Part shown: positions 9,331-20,562 of the stretch, in pieces
Numbering within the stretch: the first letter of the stretch is position 1
How the letters are laid out: the number at the start of each line of letters is the position of its first letter
Assembly (NCBI GenBank): GCA_964291285.2
Contig: OZ219788.1
Location: 544,001-608,000 of the forward strand
Reading direction: 5' to 3'
Source of the DNA: Alphaproteobacteria bacterium
Lineage (GTDB): Bacteria; Pseudomonadota; Alphaproteobacteria; Bin95
Length of the DNA: 64,000 bases
Translations under genes and position numbers: made by a program
The notes under the pieces: generated by a model
The model's database searches: none
What the model was told of the DNA's origin: nothing
The model's input: only the letters and a program-made list of their open reading frames with translations

Positions 9331-10688
9331 CGCATATCGCCTCCGGGCTGCGTGAGGGCCGCAAGCTGGCCCACTTCCGCGACCGACTCAAGCCGGTCCA
9401 CTCCTTCTATCAGTCGTTCGCCCGCCTCGGCGTCGAGCCCGGCCCAGGCCCAGTTGCCGCGGAACTTGGCGAGGTGCTGGGCGCGGGTGAGCGGCCGGGC
9501 CGGGCCGCCGGGCACATCCTCGACCCGGCGCTCGAGGCGGCGGCCGTCCTTGAGCGCGATCTCGACCGCGACCGGGGCCAGCGCATTCGGGTCGGGATTG
9601 CCGTCCGTCTCGACGCGCACGCGCCCGGCGAATTCCTGGCTTTCCCTGTCGGCGAGCGCGTCGGGCGTGAAATCCGCGTGGCCGAGATCGCTGCCGAGCA
9701 GGATCCGCGCCGTCGTCCAGCGGACCGAGAGCCGTGCCTGGTTGACGGCCAGCTCCCCCCGGACCTCGCGGCCGACCAGCTGCTCCACCAGCGGCGTCAC
9801 GCTCAACAGGACATCGGCCACGTCGCCCGCGCCGAAGCCGTGCTCCGCCCGCAGCGCCCGCAGCGCCTCGACGACGCCATGCGTTGCGCGCCCGCTCGGC
9901 CAGGGCTTGTGCGCCGTCTCCGCGATCCGCCAGACCCGGCCGAGACCGGCCAGCACGGGCGCGATATCGTGTTCGCCCTCGATAAGCTCCAGATAGCCGT
10001 GCTCGCCCTCGATGCTGCCCTGCGGCCCCGGCAGGCCGGCGCGGGCCATGTCGACCGCCGCGATGGCGTTGCGTGCGCCGAAGCCTACCTGCATGCCGAG
10101 CAGCGGCGAGCCTTCGCCATGCGCCTGCATCGTTCCGGAGACCTGCCCGAGCGCGATGCCGAAGGCGTGCGCGGTCGCCTCCTCGTCGAGCCCGGCGAGC
10201 TTCGCGCAAGCCGCCGTTCCGCCGAAGGTGCCCGCCGTCGCCGGGCGGAAGAAGCGCAAGCCCGCCTTCGACGCAAGGCCGAGCCCGGCCGCGACATCCG
10301 CGCCGACGGCGACCGCCTCGATCAGCCGGCGGCCGGACACGCCGCCCTCGCGCTCGGCGAACGCCATGGCGGCCGGGAACAGCACCGCCATGGTGTGCAC
10401 CACCGCGCCCTCATGGACGCAGTCATATTCCGAGTTGTGCAGCTGGTAGGCGTTGAGCGCCGCCGCGGCCGGGGCCGGCAGCCTGTCCGGTGTCGCCCAG
10501 ACCCGCGCCTCGGCCGGCGGGCCGGTCAGCACGCGGCGCCACTCGGCGGTAAACGGGCCGCGCGAGCCCGCCGCCGCCACGCCGAAGGAATCGAGCGCGA
10601 AGGTCTTGACGGCCTCGACGGCCGCCGCCGGCAGGTCGTCGAAACCCGTGCCCGCGACATGGCGGGCGAAGATGCGGGCCGCGTCCAT
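9327..10688 (-). CDS. MmgE/PrpD family protein
   Basis: HNSEYDCVH...VH, KPWPSGRATH. Confidence 0.88.
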   Translation of the reverse strand: MDAARIFARHVAGTGFDDLPAAAVEAVKTFALDSFGVAAAGSRGPFTAEWRRVLTGPPAEARVWATPDRLPAPAAAALNAYQLHNSEYDCVHEGAVVHTMAVLFPAAMAFAEREGGVSGRRLIEAVAVGADVAAGLGLASKAGLRFFRPATAGTFGGTAACAKLAGLDEEATAHAFGIALGQVSGTMQAHGEGSPLLGMQVGFGARNAIAAVDMARAGLPGPQGSIEGEHGYLELIEGEHDIAPVLAGLGRVWRIAETAHKPWPSGRATHGVVEALRALRAEHGFGAGDVADVLLSVTPLVEQLVGREVRGELAVNQARLSVRWTTARILLGSDLGHADFTPDALADRESQEFAGRVRVETDGNPDPNALAPVAVEIALKDGRRLERRVEDVPGGPARPLTRAQHLAKFRGNWAWAGLDAEAGERLIEGVDRLESVAEVGQLAALTQPGGDMR

Positions 10689-10716
10689 GCCCTGCCGGCG
10701 TTCCCGGGTCAGCGGG

Positions 10717-11898
<1,182 letters not shown>

Positions 11899-12045
11899 GC
11901 GGTGTTCTCCCTGAAACACGATTCAGGGCGGAGTATTGCCAGTCCCCGCCCCCGGTTTCAATGGCCGCGCTCGGGGCCGGCGTCTTCCCCCTCCCGGGGA
12001 ACCGTTCTAAAACGCCGCTATCCGCCCGCTCGGAGAGTTGACCGC

Positions 12046-12792
12046 ATGGCGTCCGAGACCGGCAAGACGCCCCGGACCGTTGCCCTGTTCGCGACCTGCC
12101 TGGCCGACCTCGTCCGCCCGTCGGTCGCGTTCGCTTCCGTGCGCCTGCTGGAGGCGGCGGGATGCCGGGTGGACGTGCCGGCGGCGCAGACCTGCTGCGG
12201 CCAGCCCGCCTATAACAGCGGCGACCGCAGGCACGCCGCCCGGATCGCGCGGAAGACGGTGCGCGCCTTTCGCGGCTATGAGTGGATCGTGGTCCCCTCG
12301 GGGTCCTGCGCCGGCATGCTGCGCTGTCACTATGCCGACCTGCTGGGCGATGACGAGGGCTTCGGCGAGCGCGTCTGGGAACTGACCTCCTTCCTGGTCG
12401 ATGTCTGCGGGTTCGAGGGTATGCAGGCCCGCTGGCCGATGACCGCCGCCTATCACGACAGCTGCGCGGGCCTGCGGGAGCTCGGCGTGAAGGACCAGCC
12501 GCGCGCCCTGCTGGCCAAGGTGGAGGGACTCGAACTCGCCGAACTGCCCGATGCCGAGGTGTGCTGCGGCTTCGGCGGCACCTTCTGCGTCAAATATCCC
12601 GACATCTCGACCGCCATGGTCCGGGACAAGGCCGCCGCCGTGAAGAGCACAGGGGCCGGCGCGCTGCTGGCGGGCGACCTCGGCTGCCTGATGAACATGG
12701 CCGGGCGGCTCTCGCGCGAAGGAGCCAAGGTCGAGGTGCGCCATGTCGCGGAGGTGCTGGCCGGCATGGTGGACGAGACGCCGCCGCTATGA
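12046..12792 (+). CDS. lutA: L-lactate utilisation Fe-S protein LutA
   Basis: QTCCGQPAYNSG, YHDSC and CCGFGGTF CCG motifs; first gene of the lut operon. Confidence 0.9.
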   Translation: MASETGKTPRTVALFATCLADLVRPSVAFASVRLLEAAGCRVDVPAAQTCCGQPAYNSGDRRHAARIARKTVRAFRGYEWIVVPSGSCAGMLRCHYADLLGDDEGFGERVWELTSFLVDVCGFEGMQARWPMTAAYHDSCAGLRELGVKDQPRALLAKVEGLELAELPDAEVCCGFGGTFCVKYPDISTAMVRDKAAAVKSTGAGALLAGDLGCLMNMAGRLSREGAKVEVRHVAEVLAGMVDETPPL

Positions 12793-14198
12793 GCTTCGCC
12801 GGGCCCGCCAATTTCCGTGTCAGCGCCGCCCGCGCGCTCGCCGACGAGCCGTTGCAGCGCGAGCTCGGAAAGTTCAGCCGCGGCTTCCAGGTCCGGCGCG
12901 TCGAGGCGGCCTCCCGGCTGCCGGAATTCGAGGCGCTTCGGGACCGGGCGCGCGACATCAAGAACCACTGCCTCGCCCATCTCGACTTCTACCTGGAGCG
13001 CTTCGAGGAGAACTGCCGCGCGGCCGGCGGCGAGGTGCACTGGTGCGCCACCGCCGGGGACGCCCGCCAGGCGATCCTCGCCATCTGCCGCCGCCTCGGC
13101 GCGAAAACCATGGCGAAGGGCAAGTCCATGGTCTCGGAGGAGATCGGGCTCAACGATTTCCTCGCCGAAAACGGCGTGCGCGCGGTCGAGACGGACCTCG
13201 GCGAATATATCCTCCAGCTTCGCGGCGAATCGCCGAGCCATATCGTGGCCCCGGCGATCCATGTCGCGACCGAGCAGTGGACCGAAGCCTTCCGCGCGGC
13301 GCACACCGACCGGCCGGCGGACCGCCCGCTCTCGGACGGCAACGAGATCATGGCGGAGGCCCGCGCCGTGCTGCGCGAGCAGTTCCTGGGCGCCGATGTC
13401 GGCCTGACGGGCGCCAATTTCCTGATCGCCGAGACCGGCTCCTCGGTCATCTTCACCAATGAGGGCAATGGCGACCTCTCGCAGACCCTGCCGCGCGCCC
13501 ATATCGTCATCGCCGGCATCGAGAAGGTGATCCCGACCCTGGAGGACCTCTCGGTGTTCATGCGCGTGCTGCCGCGCTCGGCGACCGGGCAGGAACTCAC
13601 CGTCTATACGACGCTCTCCACCGGCCCGCGCCGGCCGGAGGACCTCGACGGGCCGGAGGAATACCATGTCGTGTTGCTCGACAACGGGCGCGCGGACATG
13701 CTGGGCGGCGAATTCCAGGACATGCTGCGCTGCATACGCTGCGCGGCCTGCATGAATGCCTGCCCGGTCTACAAGCAGATCGGCGGCCACGCCTATGGCT
13801 GGGTCTATCCGGGGCCGATGGGCGCGGTGCTGACGCCGGGCCTGCGCGGCGTCGAGGAAGCGGGGCACCTGCCCAACGCCTCCACCTTCTGCGGCAAGTG
13901 CGAGGAGGTGTGCCCGGTCCGCATTCCCCTGCCGCGCATGATGCGCCACTGGCGCGAGCGCGAATTCTCCCGCCGCCTCAGTCCGGCCAGATTCCGCTAC
14001 GGGCTGGGCATATGGGCCTTCTTCGCCGCCCGCCCGGGGCTCTACCGGCCTTTTGCGGCCCTTGCCGCAAGAGTGCTCGGCGGCCGGAAGCCCTGGCGGC
14101 GGCTGCCGCTTGCCGGCGGCTGGACGGGCACACGCGACTTCCCGGCGTCGGAGGGCCGAAGCTTCATGAGCCTCTGGCGGGCGGGGCGGAGGCGCTGA
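12789..14198 (+). CDS. lutB: L-lactate utilisation Fe-S protein LutB
   Basis: ETDLGEYILQL, PSHIVAPAIH, CIRCAACMNACP, YPGPMG. Confidence 0.92.
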   Translation: MSFAGPANFRVSAARALADEPLQRELGKFSRGFQVRRVEAASRLPEFEALRDRARDIKNHCLAHLDFYLERFEENCRAAGGEVHWCATAGDARQAILAICRRLGAKTMAKGKSMVSEEIGLNDFLAENGVRAVETDLGEYILQLRGESPSHIVAPAIHVATEQWTEAFRAAHTDRPADRPLSDGNEIMAEARAVLREQFLGADVGLTGANFLIAETGSSVIFTNEGNGDLSQTLPRAHIVIAGIEKVIPTLEDLSVFMRVLPRSATGQELTVYTTLSTGPRRPEDLDGPEEYHVVLLDNGRADMLGGEFQDMLRCIRCAACMNACPVYKQIGGHAYGWVYPGPMGAVLTPGLRGVEEAGHLPNASTFCGKCEEVCPVRIPLPRMMRHWREREFSRRLSPARFRYGLGIWAFFAARPGLYRPFAALAARVLGGRKPWRRLPLAGGWTGTRDFPASEGRSFMSLWRAGRRR

Positions 14199-14201
14199 GC
14201 C

Positions 14202-14633
14202 GTGGCATCGCGGGCGGCCCTGCATGAGCGGATCGTCGAGGCCGAAAACGCGCAGGCCGTCGAGGTCGGCATCGACCTGCGCCGGCTGAACGAGCCGGAT
14301 TCCCCGGTCTTCAACCGGGCCGAGAACTCGGCTCCCTTCTTCGTGGCGATGGGCGCAGTGTTCGCCGCGCTCTATTTCGGCGGCTGGGTCTGGGCGCTGG
14401 CCGTCGCCGGCACCGCGCTTATCCTGATGGCGACCGGCCTCCAGTATGTGCTCATGCTCCGGCTGCGCCGGCGGGCGCTCGCCTATGCGCTCTCCGATCC
14501 CGAGCGCTGGCAGCGGCTCTGGGACCTGGGCGGGCTGACGCTTCGCATACCGAGCCGGGACGACACGCTCGCCGAATCTCCCGAAGGGGACTGGACCCGT
14601 TTCGCCTCGCGGTATCTGGGGCCCCCGCAATGA
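14202..14633 (+). CDS. hypothetical membrane protein (about 2 TM segments) inside the lut operon
   Basis: Tightly packed between lutB and lutC (ATGA overlap with lutC); hydrophobic core. Confidence 0.75.
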   Translation: MASRAALHERIVEAENAQAVEVGIDLRRLNEPDSPVFNRAENSAPFFVAMGAVFAALYFGGWVWALAVAGTALILMATGLQYVLMLRLRRRALAYALSDPERWQRLWDLGGLTLRIPSRDDTLAESPEGDWTRFASRYLGPPQ

Positions 14634-15298
14634 GCGGCCGCGACGCTATTCTGGCCCGGATCAGGGCCGCCACCGGCGGCGCGAAGGGCGAAGCGGAAGA
14701 ACGGCTTGCCGCCCGGCCGAGCGGCCCCCGGCCGGCCCGCGCGGCCGACGACCCGCTTGAACGCTTCGCGGCCGAGGCGCGCGCGGCCGGCAGCACGGTT
14801 GCCGGTCCGGTGCCTCCGGAAGAGGTGCCGGCCGCGATCGCCGAGTGGCTTGTCAACGAAAACCTGCCGGCCCGCCTCGCCGCCTCGCCCGACCCGGCGC
14901 TCGACCGCTATCCCTGGAGCAGCCGCCCGCTGCTGACGCTGGAGCGCCGGCGGGCGGAGCCGGAGGACCGCGTGGCGCTCACGCCCTGTTTCGCGGGCGT
15001 CGCCGAGACCGGCACGCTCGCCATGCTCTCCGGGCCGGAGCGCCCGGTCACGCTCAACTTCCTGCCGGAGGCGCATATTGCGCTGGTGAGCGCGCGCGAC
15101 CTTGTGGGCGCCTATGAGGACCTCTGGGCGCGGATGCGCGCGGCGGGCGACACGCCTCGCACGGTCAACCTGATAACTGGGCCGTCGCGCAGCGCCGATA
15201 TCGGGCAGGAGTTGCGCATGGGCGCGCACGGGCCCCGGAGGCTGCATATCGTGCTGGTTGATGACAACGAGCCGGCGGAAGGCTCCGATGGCGGCTAA
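14630..15298 (+). CDS. lutC: lactate utilisation protein LutC
   Basis: VAETGT, LPEAH, ITGPSRSADI, GAHGP. Confidence 0.9.
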   Translation: MSGRDAILARIRAATGGAKGEAEERLAARPSGPRPARAADDPLERFAAEARAAGSTVAGPVPPEEVPAAIAEWLVNENLPARLAASPDPALDRYPWSSRPLLTLERRRAEPEDRVALTPCFAGVAETGTLAMLSGPERPVTLNFLPEAHIALVSARDLVGAYEDLWARMRAAGDTPRTVNLITGPSRSADIGQELRMGAHGPRRLHIVLVDDNEPAEGSDGG

Positions 15299-15815
15299 CC
15301 GCGAAGATTTCGAAGTCTGGCGCCGGATGACGCAAAGCGTCCGGCCTCTGCCGGGCCGTCCCGCCCCGCCCGAACAGCGCCTGCCCGAGCCCGCGGCGGA
15401 GCGGGAGCCGGAGGAACCGCCGCCGCCCTCCTCCGGCGGCGCGGCGGCCGCGGCGCGCTCCGCCCCCACCGCCGGCAGCGGCATCGACAAGCGCACCGCG
15501 AGGCGCATCAGGCGCGGCGCCCTGCCCATCGACGCCCGGATCGACCTGCACGGCATGACGCGCGAGCAGGCCTGGCACCGCCTGACCCGCTTCATCGCCG
15601 AGAGCCAGGCGGCCGGGCGCCGGCTGGTGCTGGTCGTCACCGGCAAGGGCCGCAGGGTCGAGGACGGCATGGCGGTCGGAGTCATCCGCCGCGAGGCGCC
15701 GCTCTGGCTCGCGCGTCCGCCCAATGCCGCGCGCGTGCTGGACACGGCCCCGGCGCAGCCCCGCCATGGCGGCGATGGCGCGCTCTATGTCTATCTGCGG
15801 AAACCGAGGCCGTGA
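15288..15815 (+). CDS. Smr/MutS2-domain protein
   Basis: IDLHGMT, VVTGKG, HGGDGALYV. Confidence 0.92.
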   Translation: MAANREDFEVWRRMTQSVRPLPGRPAPPEQRLPEPAAEREPEEPPPPSSGGAAAAARSAPTAGSGIDKRTARRIRRGALPIDARIDLHGMTREQAWHRLTRFIAESQAAGRRLVLVVTGKGRRVEDGMAVGVIRREAPLWLARPPNAARVLDTAPAQPRHGGDGALYVYLRKPRP

Positions 15816-17086
15816 CCCCGGCGGCGCGCATCGGCGCGGCCATCGAAGCTCTGGAGTCGATCGAGGAGACCGGCCGCCCGGCCGACGCCGTGCTGGGCGG
15901 CTTCTTCCGCGCCCGGCGCCATATCGGCGCGAGCGACCGCAAGGCGGTGGCGGAGCGGGTGTTCGGCGTGCTGCGCCGCCGCGCCCGGCTGGACTGGCAC
16001 CTGGCCCGCCGGGGCGTCGAGCCGACGGCGCGTGCGCGAATGCTGGTCCGCCTCCTGCTGGTGGACCGTCTGCAGGAGCCGGGGGCCGTCTTCGGGCGGG
16101 GCAGATACGCGCCCGCACCGCTCGACCCCGAGGAACTGGACCTGTTCATGGCGCTGGCCGGGGAACCGCTGGAGCCGCCGGAGATGCCGGCCGCCGTGCG
16201 CGCCGAATGCCCCGCCTGGGCCGAAAACGGGCTCAGGGAGAGCCTGGGCGGGGCCTTCGCCGAGGAAATGAAGGCGCTCGCCGGGCCCGCCCCGGTGGAC
16301 CTCCGCGTCAACGCGCTCAAGACGACGCGCCGCGAAGCACGCCGCCTCCTGTTTCGCGAGGGCATCCGCACCGAGCCGCTGGATGACGCCCCCTGGGCGC
16401 TGCGCTGCGAGGGCCGCCCGGCGCTCGGCCGCACGCGCGCCTTCCGCGAGGGCCTGATCGAAGTACAGGACGCGGGCTCGCAGCGCATTGCCCACGCGGT
16501 CGCAGCGGGACCGGGGATGCAGGTGGTCGATTTCTGCGCCGGCGCGGGCGGCAAGGCGCTCGCGCTCGCTGCCGACATGGACGGCAAGGGGCGCGTCGTC
16601 GCCACGGACGTGCATGACAAGCGCCTTGCGCGCCTCGGCGAGCGGATGCGCCGCGCGGGCGCACACAATATCGAGCGCCGCCTGCTGGAAAGCGAGCGCG
16701 ACCGCTGGGTCCGCCGCCAGCGCGGCAAGTTCGACCGCGTACTGGTCGATGCGCCCTGCACCGGCACCGGTTCCTGGCGGCGCAACCCGGACGCCCGCTG
16801 GACGCGCGAGGGCCCTCGCCTCGCGGAACTGACCGAGCTCCAGGGCCGCATCCTCGAAAGCGCCGCGCGGCTCGTGAAACCCGGCGGCCGGCTGGTCTAT
16901 GCCACCTGCTCGCTGCTCCGCGAGGAGAACGAGGCGCGCGTCGAGCACTTCCTGGAGGCCGCGCCCGGTTTCGCGCGCGCCGGAGACGACCTCCGCATTT
17001 CGCCCGCCCGGGACGGCTCGGACGGGTTCTATGCCGCCATTCTGGAACGGGAAGAGGCCCCATGCGCGAACGACTCCGCGACCTGA
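15812..17086 (+). CDS. RsmB/NOP-family RNA m5C methyltransferase
   Basis: VQDAGSQ, DFCAGAGGK, VDAPCTGTG, YATCS. Confidence 0.92.
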   Translation: MTPAARIGAAIEALESIEETGRPADAVLGGFFRARRHIGASDRKAVAERVFGVLRRRARLDWHLARRGVEPTARARMLVRLLLVDRLQEPGAVFGRGRYAPAPLDPEELDLFMALAGEPLEPPEMPAAVRAECPAWAENGLRESLGGAFAEEMKALAGPAPVDLRVNALKTTRREARRLLFREGIRTEPLDDAPWALRCEGRPALGRTRAFREGLIEVQDAGSQRIAHAVAAGPGMQVVDFCAGAGGKALALAADMDGKGRVVATDVHDKRLARLGERMRRAGAHNIERRLLESERDRWVRRQRGKFDRVLVDAPCTGTGSWRRNPDARWTREGPRLAELTELQGRILESAARLVKPGGRLVYATCSLLREENEARVEHFLEAAPGFARAGDDLRISPARDGSDGFYAAILEREEAPCANDSAT

Positions 17087-17595
17087 TCGCCGAACGGGCG
17101 CTCTCCACCGGAGAGTTCACCCTCGCCTCCGGGGCGGGCACCGGATATTTCTTCGACATGAAGCGGGTGATGCTGGACCCGGAGGGCCTGACGCTCATCG
17201 CCGAAGCCTTCCTGGAGCGCATCCGAGGGGAGCCGGCGGACCATGTCGGCGGCATCGCCATGGGGGCGGTGCCCATCGTGTCGGCGGTCTGCGCATTGAG
17301 CCGCGCCACCCCGCGCCCGCGCCGGGCCTTCTTCGTGCGCAAGGAGACCAAGGACCACGGCACCGAACGGCGCGTGGAAGGCTATCTGCCCGAGGGCGGC
17401 GAGGTGCTGCTGTTCGAGGATGTGACCACCACCGGCGGCTCGGCGATGATCGCGGTGGAGGCCGCGCGCGCCGCCGGCTGCCGGGTGGAGACGCTCTACA
17501 CCGTGGTGGACCGGCTCGAGGGCGCGGAAGCCAATCTCGCCCGCGAAGGCATCCACCTCGCCCCGCTCTTCACCCGCGACGACTTCACGCTGTAG
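17062..17595 (+). CDS. pyrE: orotate phosphoribosyltransferase
   Basis: FTLASG, RKETKDHG, PRPP-binding EDVTTTGGS. Confidence 0.9.
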   Translation: MRERLRDLIAERALSTGEFTLASGAGTGYFFDMKRVMLDPEGLTLIAEAFLERIRGEPADHVGGIAMGAVPIVSAVCALSRATPRPRRAFFVRKETKDHGTERRVEGYLPEGGEVLLFEDVTTTGGSAMIAVEAARAAGCRVETLYTVVDRLEGAEANLAREGIHLAPLFTRDDFTL

Positions 17596-17630
17596 AATCC
17601 GGGCCGAGGCTAACCGGGAGCGCGGCTGCC

Positions 17631-18065
17631 ATGTCGCGGACGGCAGATATCGACACGAGCGGCCTCCGGCGGTGCATCGGCACGCTTGAGACGGCGTTCG
17701 CGCATTTGCAGCAGGAAAGTCCGGACGGGCCGATGCGCGATGTCTTCCGGGCTGCCTGTGTCAAGGAATTCGAACTCGTGCTGGAAGTCGGCGGCGCCTT
17801 GCTGAGGCGACGCCTCAAGGACTTTTTCGCGAGCGGCCGCGAGGCCGACCGGCTGACCTTCCGGGACGCCTTCCGCCACGCCGCAAAACATGCACTCGTA
17901 ACCGCCGACGCCTGCGAACGGTGGCTGCAATACCGCGATGTCCGCAACGCCTCGGCGCACGATTATGGCGAGCGCTTCGCCGAGACGGCGCTGGAGCTCA
18001 TACCGGCATTCGTGGCTGACGCGCGGGCGCTGGCCGATGCCATCGAGGGCGAAGATGGTGGCTGA
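17631..18065 (+). CDS. HEPN protein (nucleotidyltransferase substrate-binding, HI0074-like) toxin
   Basis: CVKEFE and RX4H motif RNASAH-DY; overlaps the MNT gene. Confidence 0.85.
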   Translation: MSRTADIDTSGLRRCIGTLETAFAHLQQESPDGPMRDVFRAACVKEFELVLEVGGALLRRRLKDFFASGREADRLTFRDAFRHAAKHALVTADACERWLQYRDVRNASAHDYGERFAETALELIPAFVADARALADAIEGEDGG

Positions 18066-18405
18066 CGGGCTTCTCCTGCATGAGCGCCACCGCGCCGCGC
18101 TCGAACGGCTCTTCGCCGAATATCTGCCCGAGGTCGAGGTCTGGGCTTATGGCAGCCGGGTCACCGGCCGCGCGCATGAAGGCAGCGACCTCGACCTGGC
18201 GCTGCGCGCGCCCGGCGGGGCCGAAATCGAACCCGTCCGGCTGGGTGCGCTCTGCCGTGCGCTGGAAGCCTCCACCATCCCCTTCCTCGTCCAACCGCAT
18301 GACTGGGCCCGCCTGCCCGACCGCTTCCGCCGGGAAATCGAGCGCCGGCACACGGTGCTGCGGCGCAGGCCGGAAACTCGCGAATTCGCGGACGGCCGTT
18401 CGTAA
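18055..18405 (+). CDS. minimal nucleotidyltransferase (MNT) antitoxin
   Basis: GS-X10-DXD motif: GSRVTGRAHEGSDLD. Confidence 0.88.
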   Translation: MVADGLLLHERHRAALERLFAEYLPEVEVWAYGSRVTGRAHEGSDLDLALRAPGGAEIEPVRLGALCRALEASTIPFLVQPHDWARLPDRFRREIERRHTVLRRRPETREFADGRS

Positions 18406-18443
18406 CGAAACGCGGTCTGCCCCCCGGAGCGGGCTTCATCGCC

Positions 18444-18569
18444 GTCGATCTGCCCAGGCTCGCGGACATGTATATGCGCGGCCGGTTGAAGATCGACGAG
18501 CTGATAAGCCGTTCCTGCCCGCTGGAGCAGATCAACGAGGCCTATGACGCGCTGCAGGCGGGCGGGGTT
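18444..18569 (+). pseudogene. 3'-terminal remnant of a Zn-dependent alcohol dehydrogenase gene
   Basis: VDLPRLADMYMRGRLKIDELISRSCPLEQINEAYDALQAG matches the C-terminal pattern of class-III-like ADHs; no upstream body. Confidence 0.75.
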
Positions 18570-20562
18570 AGCCCCGCGCCGCGCTCAGCTGCGGGAATTC
18601 GGCCCGGAGTGCATCGAAGGCCGCGCGGACCTCCGTGCCGTCGCCCTTGCGCGCGTCCGGGTCGAGCATGTCGAGAGCGTCGAAGATCCGGTGCTTGGCG
18701 TAGAAGCGCCAGTGGACGGGCAGCGCCGCCAGGCATTGGGTGAGCGCGTCGTAATTGGCGTCCGTCCAGACGGCCTCGAAGGCCGCCCGCTCGGGGCCGA
18801 CATCGTAGAAGCCGTCCGCCTTCCCGCCGGCGCGGGCCGCGCGCAGCGCCTCGGTGGCGGGCCCGTCCACCGCGCCGTCGGCAATGACCACGCCGTAGGC
18901 CTCGCGCGCCTGCTCCGTCGAGACCCAGCCGCGCCGCCAGTCCAGCAGCACCGCCTCCGGATCGCGCCGGAACGGGTCGCCCCAGCCGCCCGCGCCGCCG
19001 CAGGTGACATGGATGATATCTCCGGGGCCGATGGTGAGGATGTCGGTGTTCTTCAGGTCCACCTCGCGGTTGGTCCCCGGATTCAGGATGAATTTCGACG
19101 CGCCGCCCGGGCGGCCGCCCTCGATGCCCCAGCCCGTGAAGATCGTCCGGTCCCGGTTGCGCGCCGTGACGCGGGTGTTCGGCGAGAACGCCTGGAACAC
19201 CAGCTCCGTGCCGAGCCCGCCGCGATGCAGGCCGGGCCCGGCCGAGTCGCGCGCAAGGCCGAAGCGCAGCACCTTGATGCCGGCCTCCGCCTCGTTCACT
19301 TCGGTCGGCGTGTTCTTCATGAAGCCCTGATTGGCGCCCGAGCCGTCCTGGCCGTCCTCCATCGCGCGCCCGCCGCCGCCGCCGCTCATCGGGCTGATCG
19401 CCGCCATGATCCGCCGGCCCGTGCGGTTGTCGATGGTGTTGACGTTCATGATCGGCCCGCCGGAACCGGGAGCGCCCGCCATGCGGTCCGGGGCCGCCTG
19501 GGCGAAAGCGCCGAAGGTGAGCCCGTGCAGGCGGTAGCAGCTGAGCGTGCGCATGCCGACCGCCGCGGGGAACTCCGGATTGACCATGGTGCCCGACGGC
19601 AGGATGCAGCGGCAGACGCGCGCGATGCCGGAGTTGAGGTAGAGCGACGGGTCCAGCGAATAGAGCACATAGGTCATGCCGACCAGCAGCAGCACGTGGC
19701 GTTCGTCGCCGCCGGTCGGCATGTTGAGCGAGGATTCGAGCTGCGGGTCGGACCCGGTGAAGTCGAAGACCAGCTCCTCGTCGCGGACGATCACCGTCAG
19801 CTTCATGCGGCAGGGCCGCCCGTCCACCGAGTCCTCGTCCATGTAATCCGCAAACGGGTAGCTGCCGTTCGGCAGGGTGCGGACGATGGCGCGCGCCTGG
19901 GCCTCGGCATAGTCCAGCAGGTCCGCCACGCCCTCGCGGAAAGTGTCCGCCCCGAAGCGGGCGATCATCTCGTGGACCTTGCGCTCGCCGGTGTTGCAGG
20001 CGGCGATCTGGGCCTTCAGGTCGCCCCAGTTCTGGTCGGGCGCGCGGACATTGGCGAGGAAGATGTCGAGCACCTGGCGGTTGAGTTCGCCCTCTTCGAG
20101 AATCTTTACGGGCGGGATGCGCACGCCCTCCTGGTGGATTTCCGACAGCGTGCGGGAAAGCGAGGCCGGCACCGCGCCGCCGACATCGGTGTTGTGGATG
20201 TGCCCGACGGAAAAGGCCACGATCTCGCCCTCGTGGAACACGGGCTTCCAGATGTGCATGTCCGGCGAATGGGTGGAGACGAAGCCCGAATAGGGGTCGT
20301 TCGTCATCGCGATGTCGCCCGGCCGGTAGTCGTCGATCATGGCGATGGCGCGCCCGTAATTCAGGCCGACGAACCAGGTGGCGCCGAGTTCCGTGGGCGT
20401 GGCGAAGGTCTCCCCCTCCGGCGTGGTGAGGCCGGTGGTGAAGTCCTCGGTCTCCTTGACGAAGGTCGAATGCGCCGTGCGGTAGAGCGTATAGGCCATG
20501 CTCTCCGCCGCCGCGCGGGTGTGGTTCTTCAGGATTTCCAGCGTGACCTTGTCGATGGGCAT
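18568..20562 (-). CDS. hydantoinase B/oxoprolinase family protein
   Basis: NDPYSG...THSPD, HNTDVGGAVPAS, EIHQEG, GGAGGWGDP. Confidence 0.92.
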   Translation of the reverse strand: MPIDKVTLEILKNHTRAAAESMAYTLYRTAHSTFVKETEDFTTGLTTPEGETFATPTELGATWFVGLNYGRAIAMIDDYRPGDIAMTNDPYSGFVSTHSPDMHIWKPVFHEGEIVAFSVGHIHNTDVGGAVPASLSRTLSEIHQEGVRIPPVKILEEGELNRQVLDIFLANVRAPDQNWGDLKAQIAACNTGERKVHEMIARFGADTFREGVADLLDYAEAQARAIVRTLPNGSYPFADYMDEDSVDGRPCRMKLTVIVRDEELVFDFTGSDPQLESSLNMPTGGDERHVLLLVGMTYVLYSLDPSLYLNSGIARVCRCILPSGTMVNPEFPAAVGMRTLSCYRLHGLTFGAFAQAAPDRMAGAPGSGGPIMNVNTIDNRTGRRIMAAISPMSGGGGGRAMEDGQDGSGANQGFMKNTPTEVNEAEAGIKVLRFGLARDSAGPGLHRGGLGTELVFQAFSPNTRVTARNRDRTIFTGWGIEGGRPGGASKFILNPGTNREVDLKNTDILTIGPGDIIHVTCGGAGGWGDPFRRDPEAVLLDWRRGWVSTEQAREAYGVVIADGAVDGPATEALRAARAGGKADGFYDVGPERAAFEAVWTDANYDALTQCLAALPVHWRFYAKHRIFDALDMLDPDARKGDGTEVRAAFDALRAEFPQLSAARG

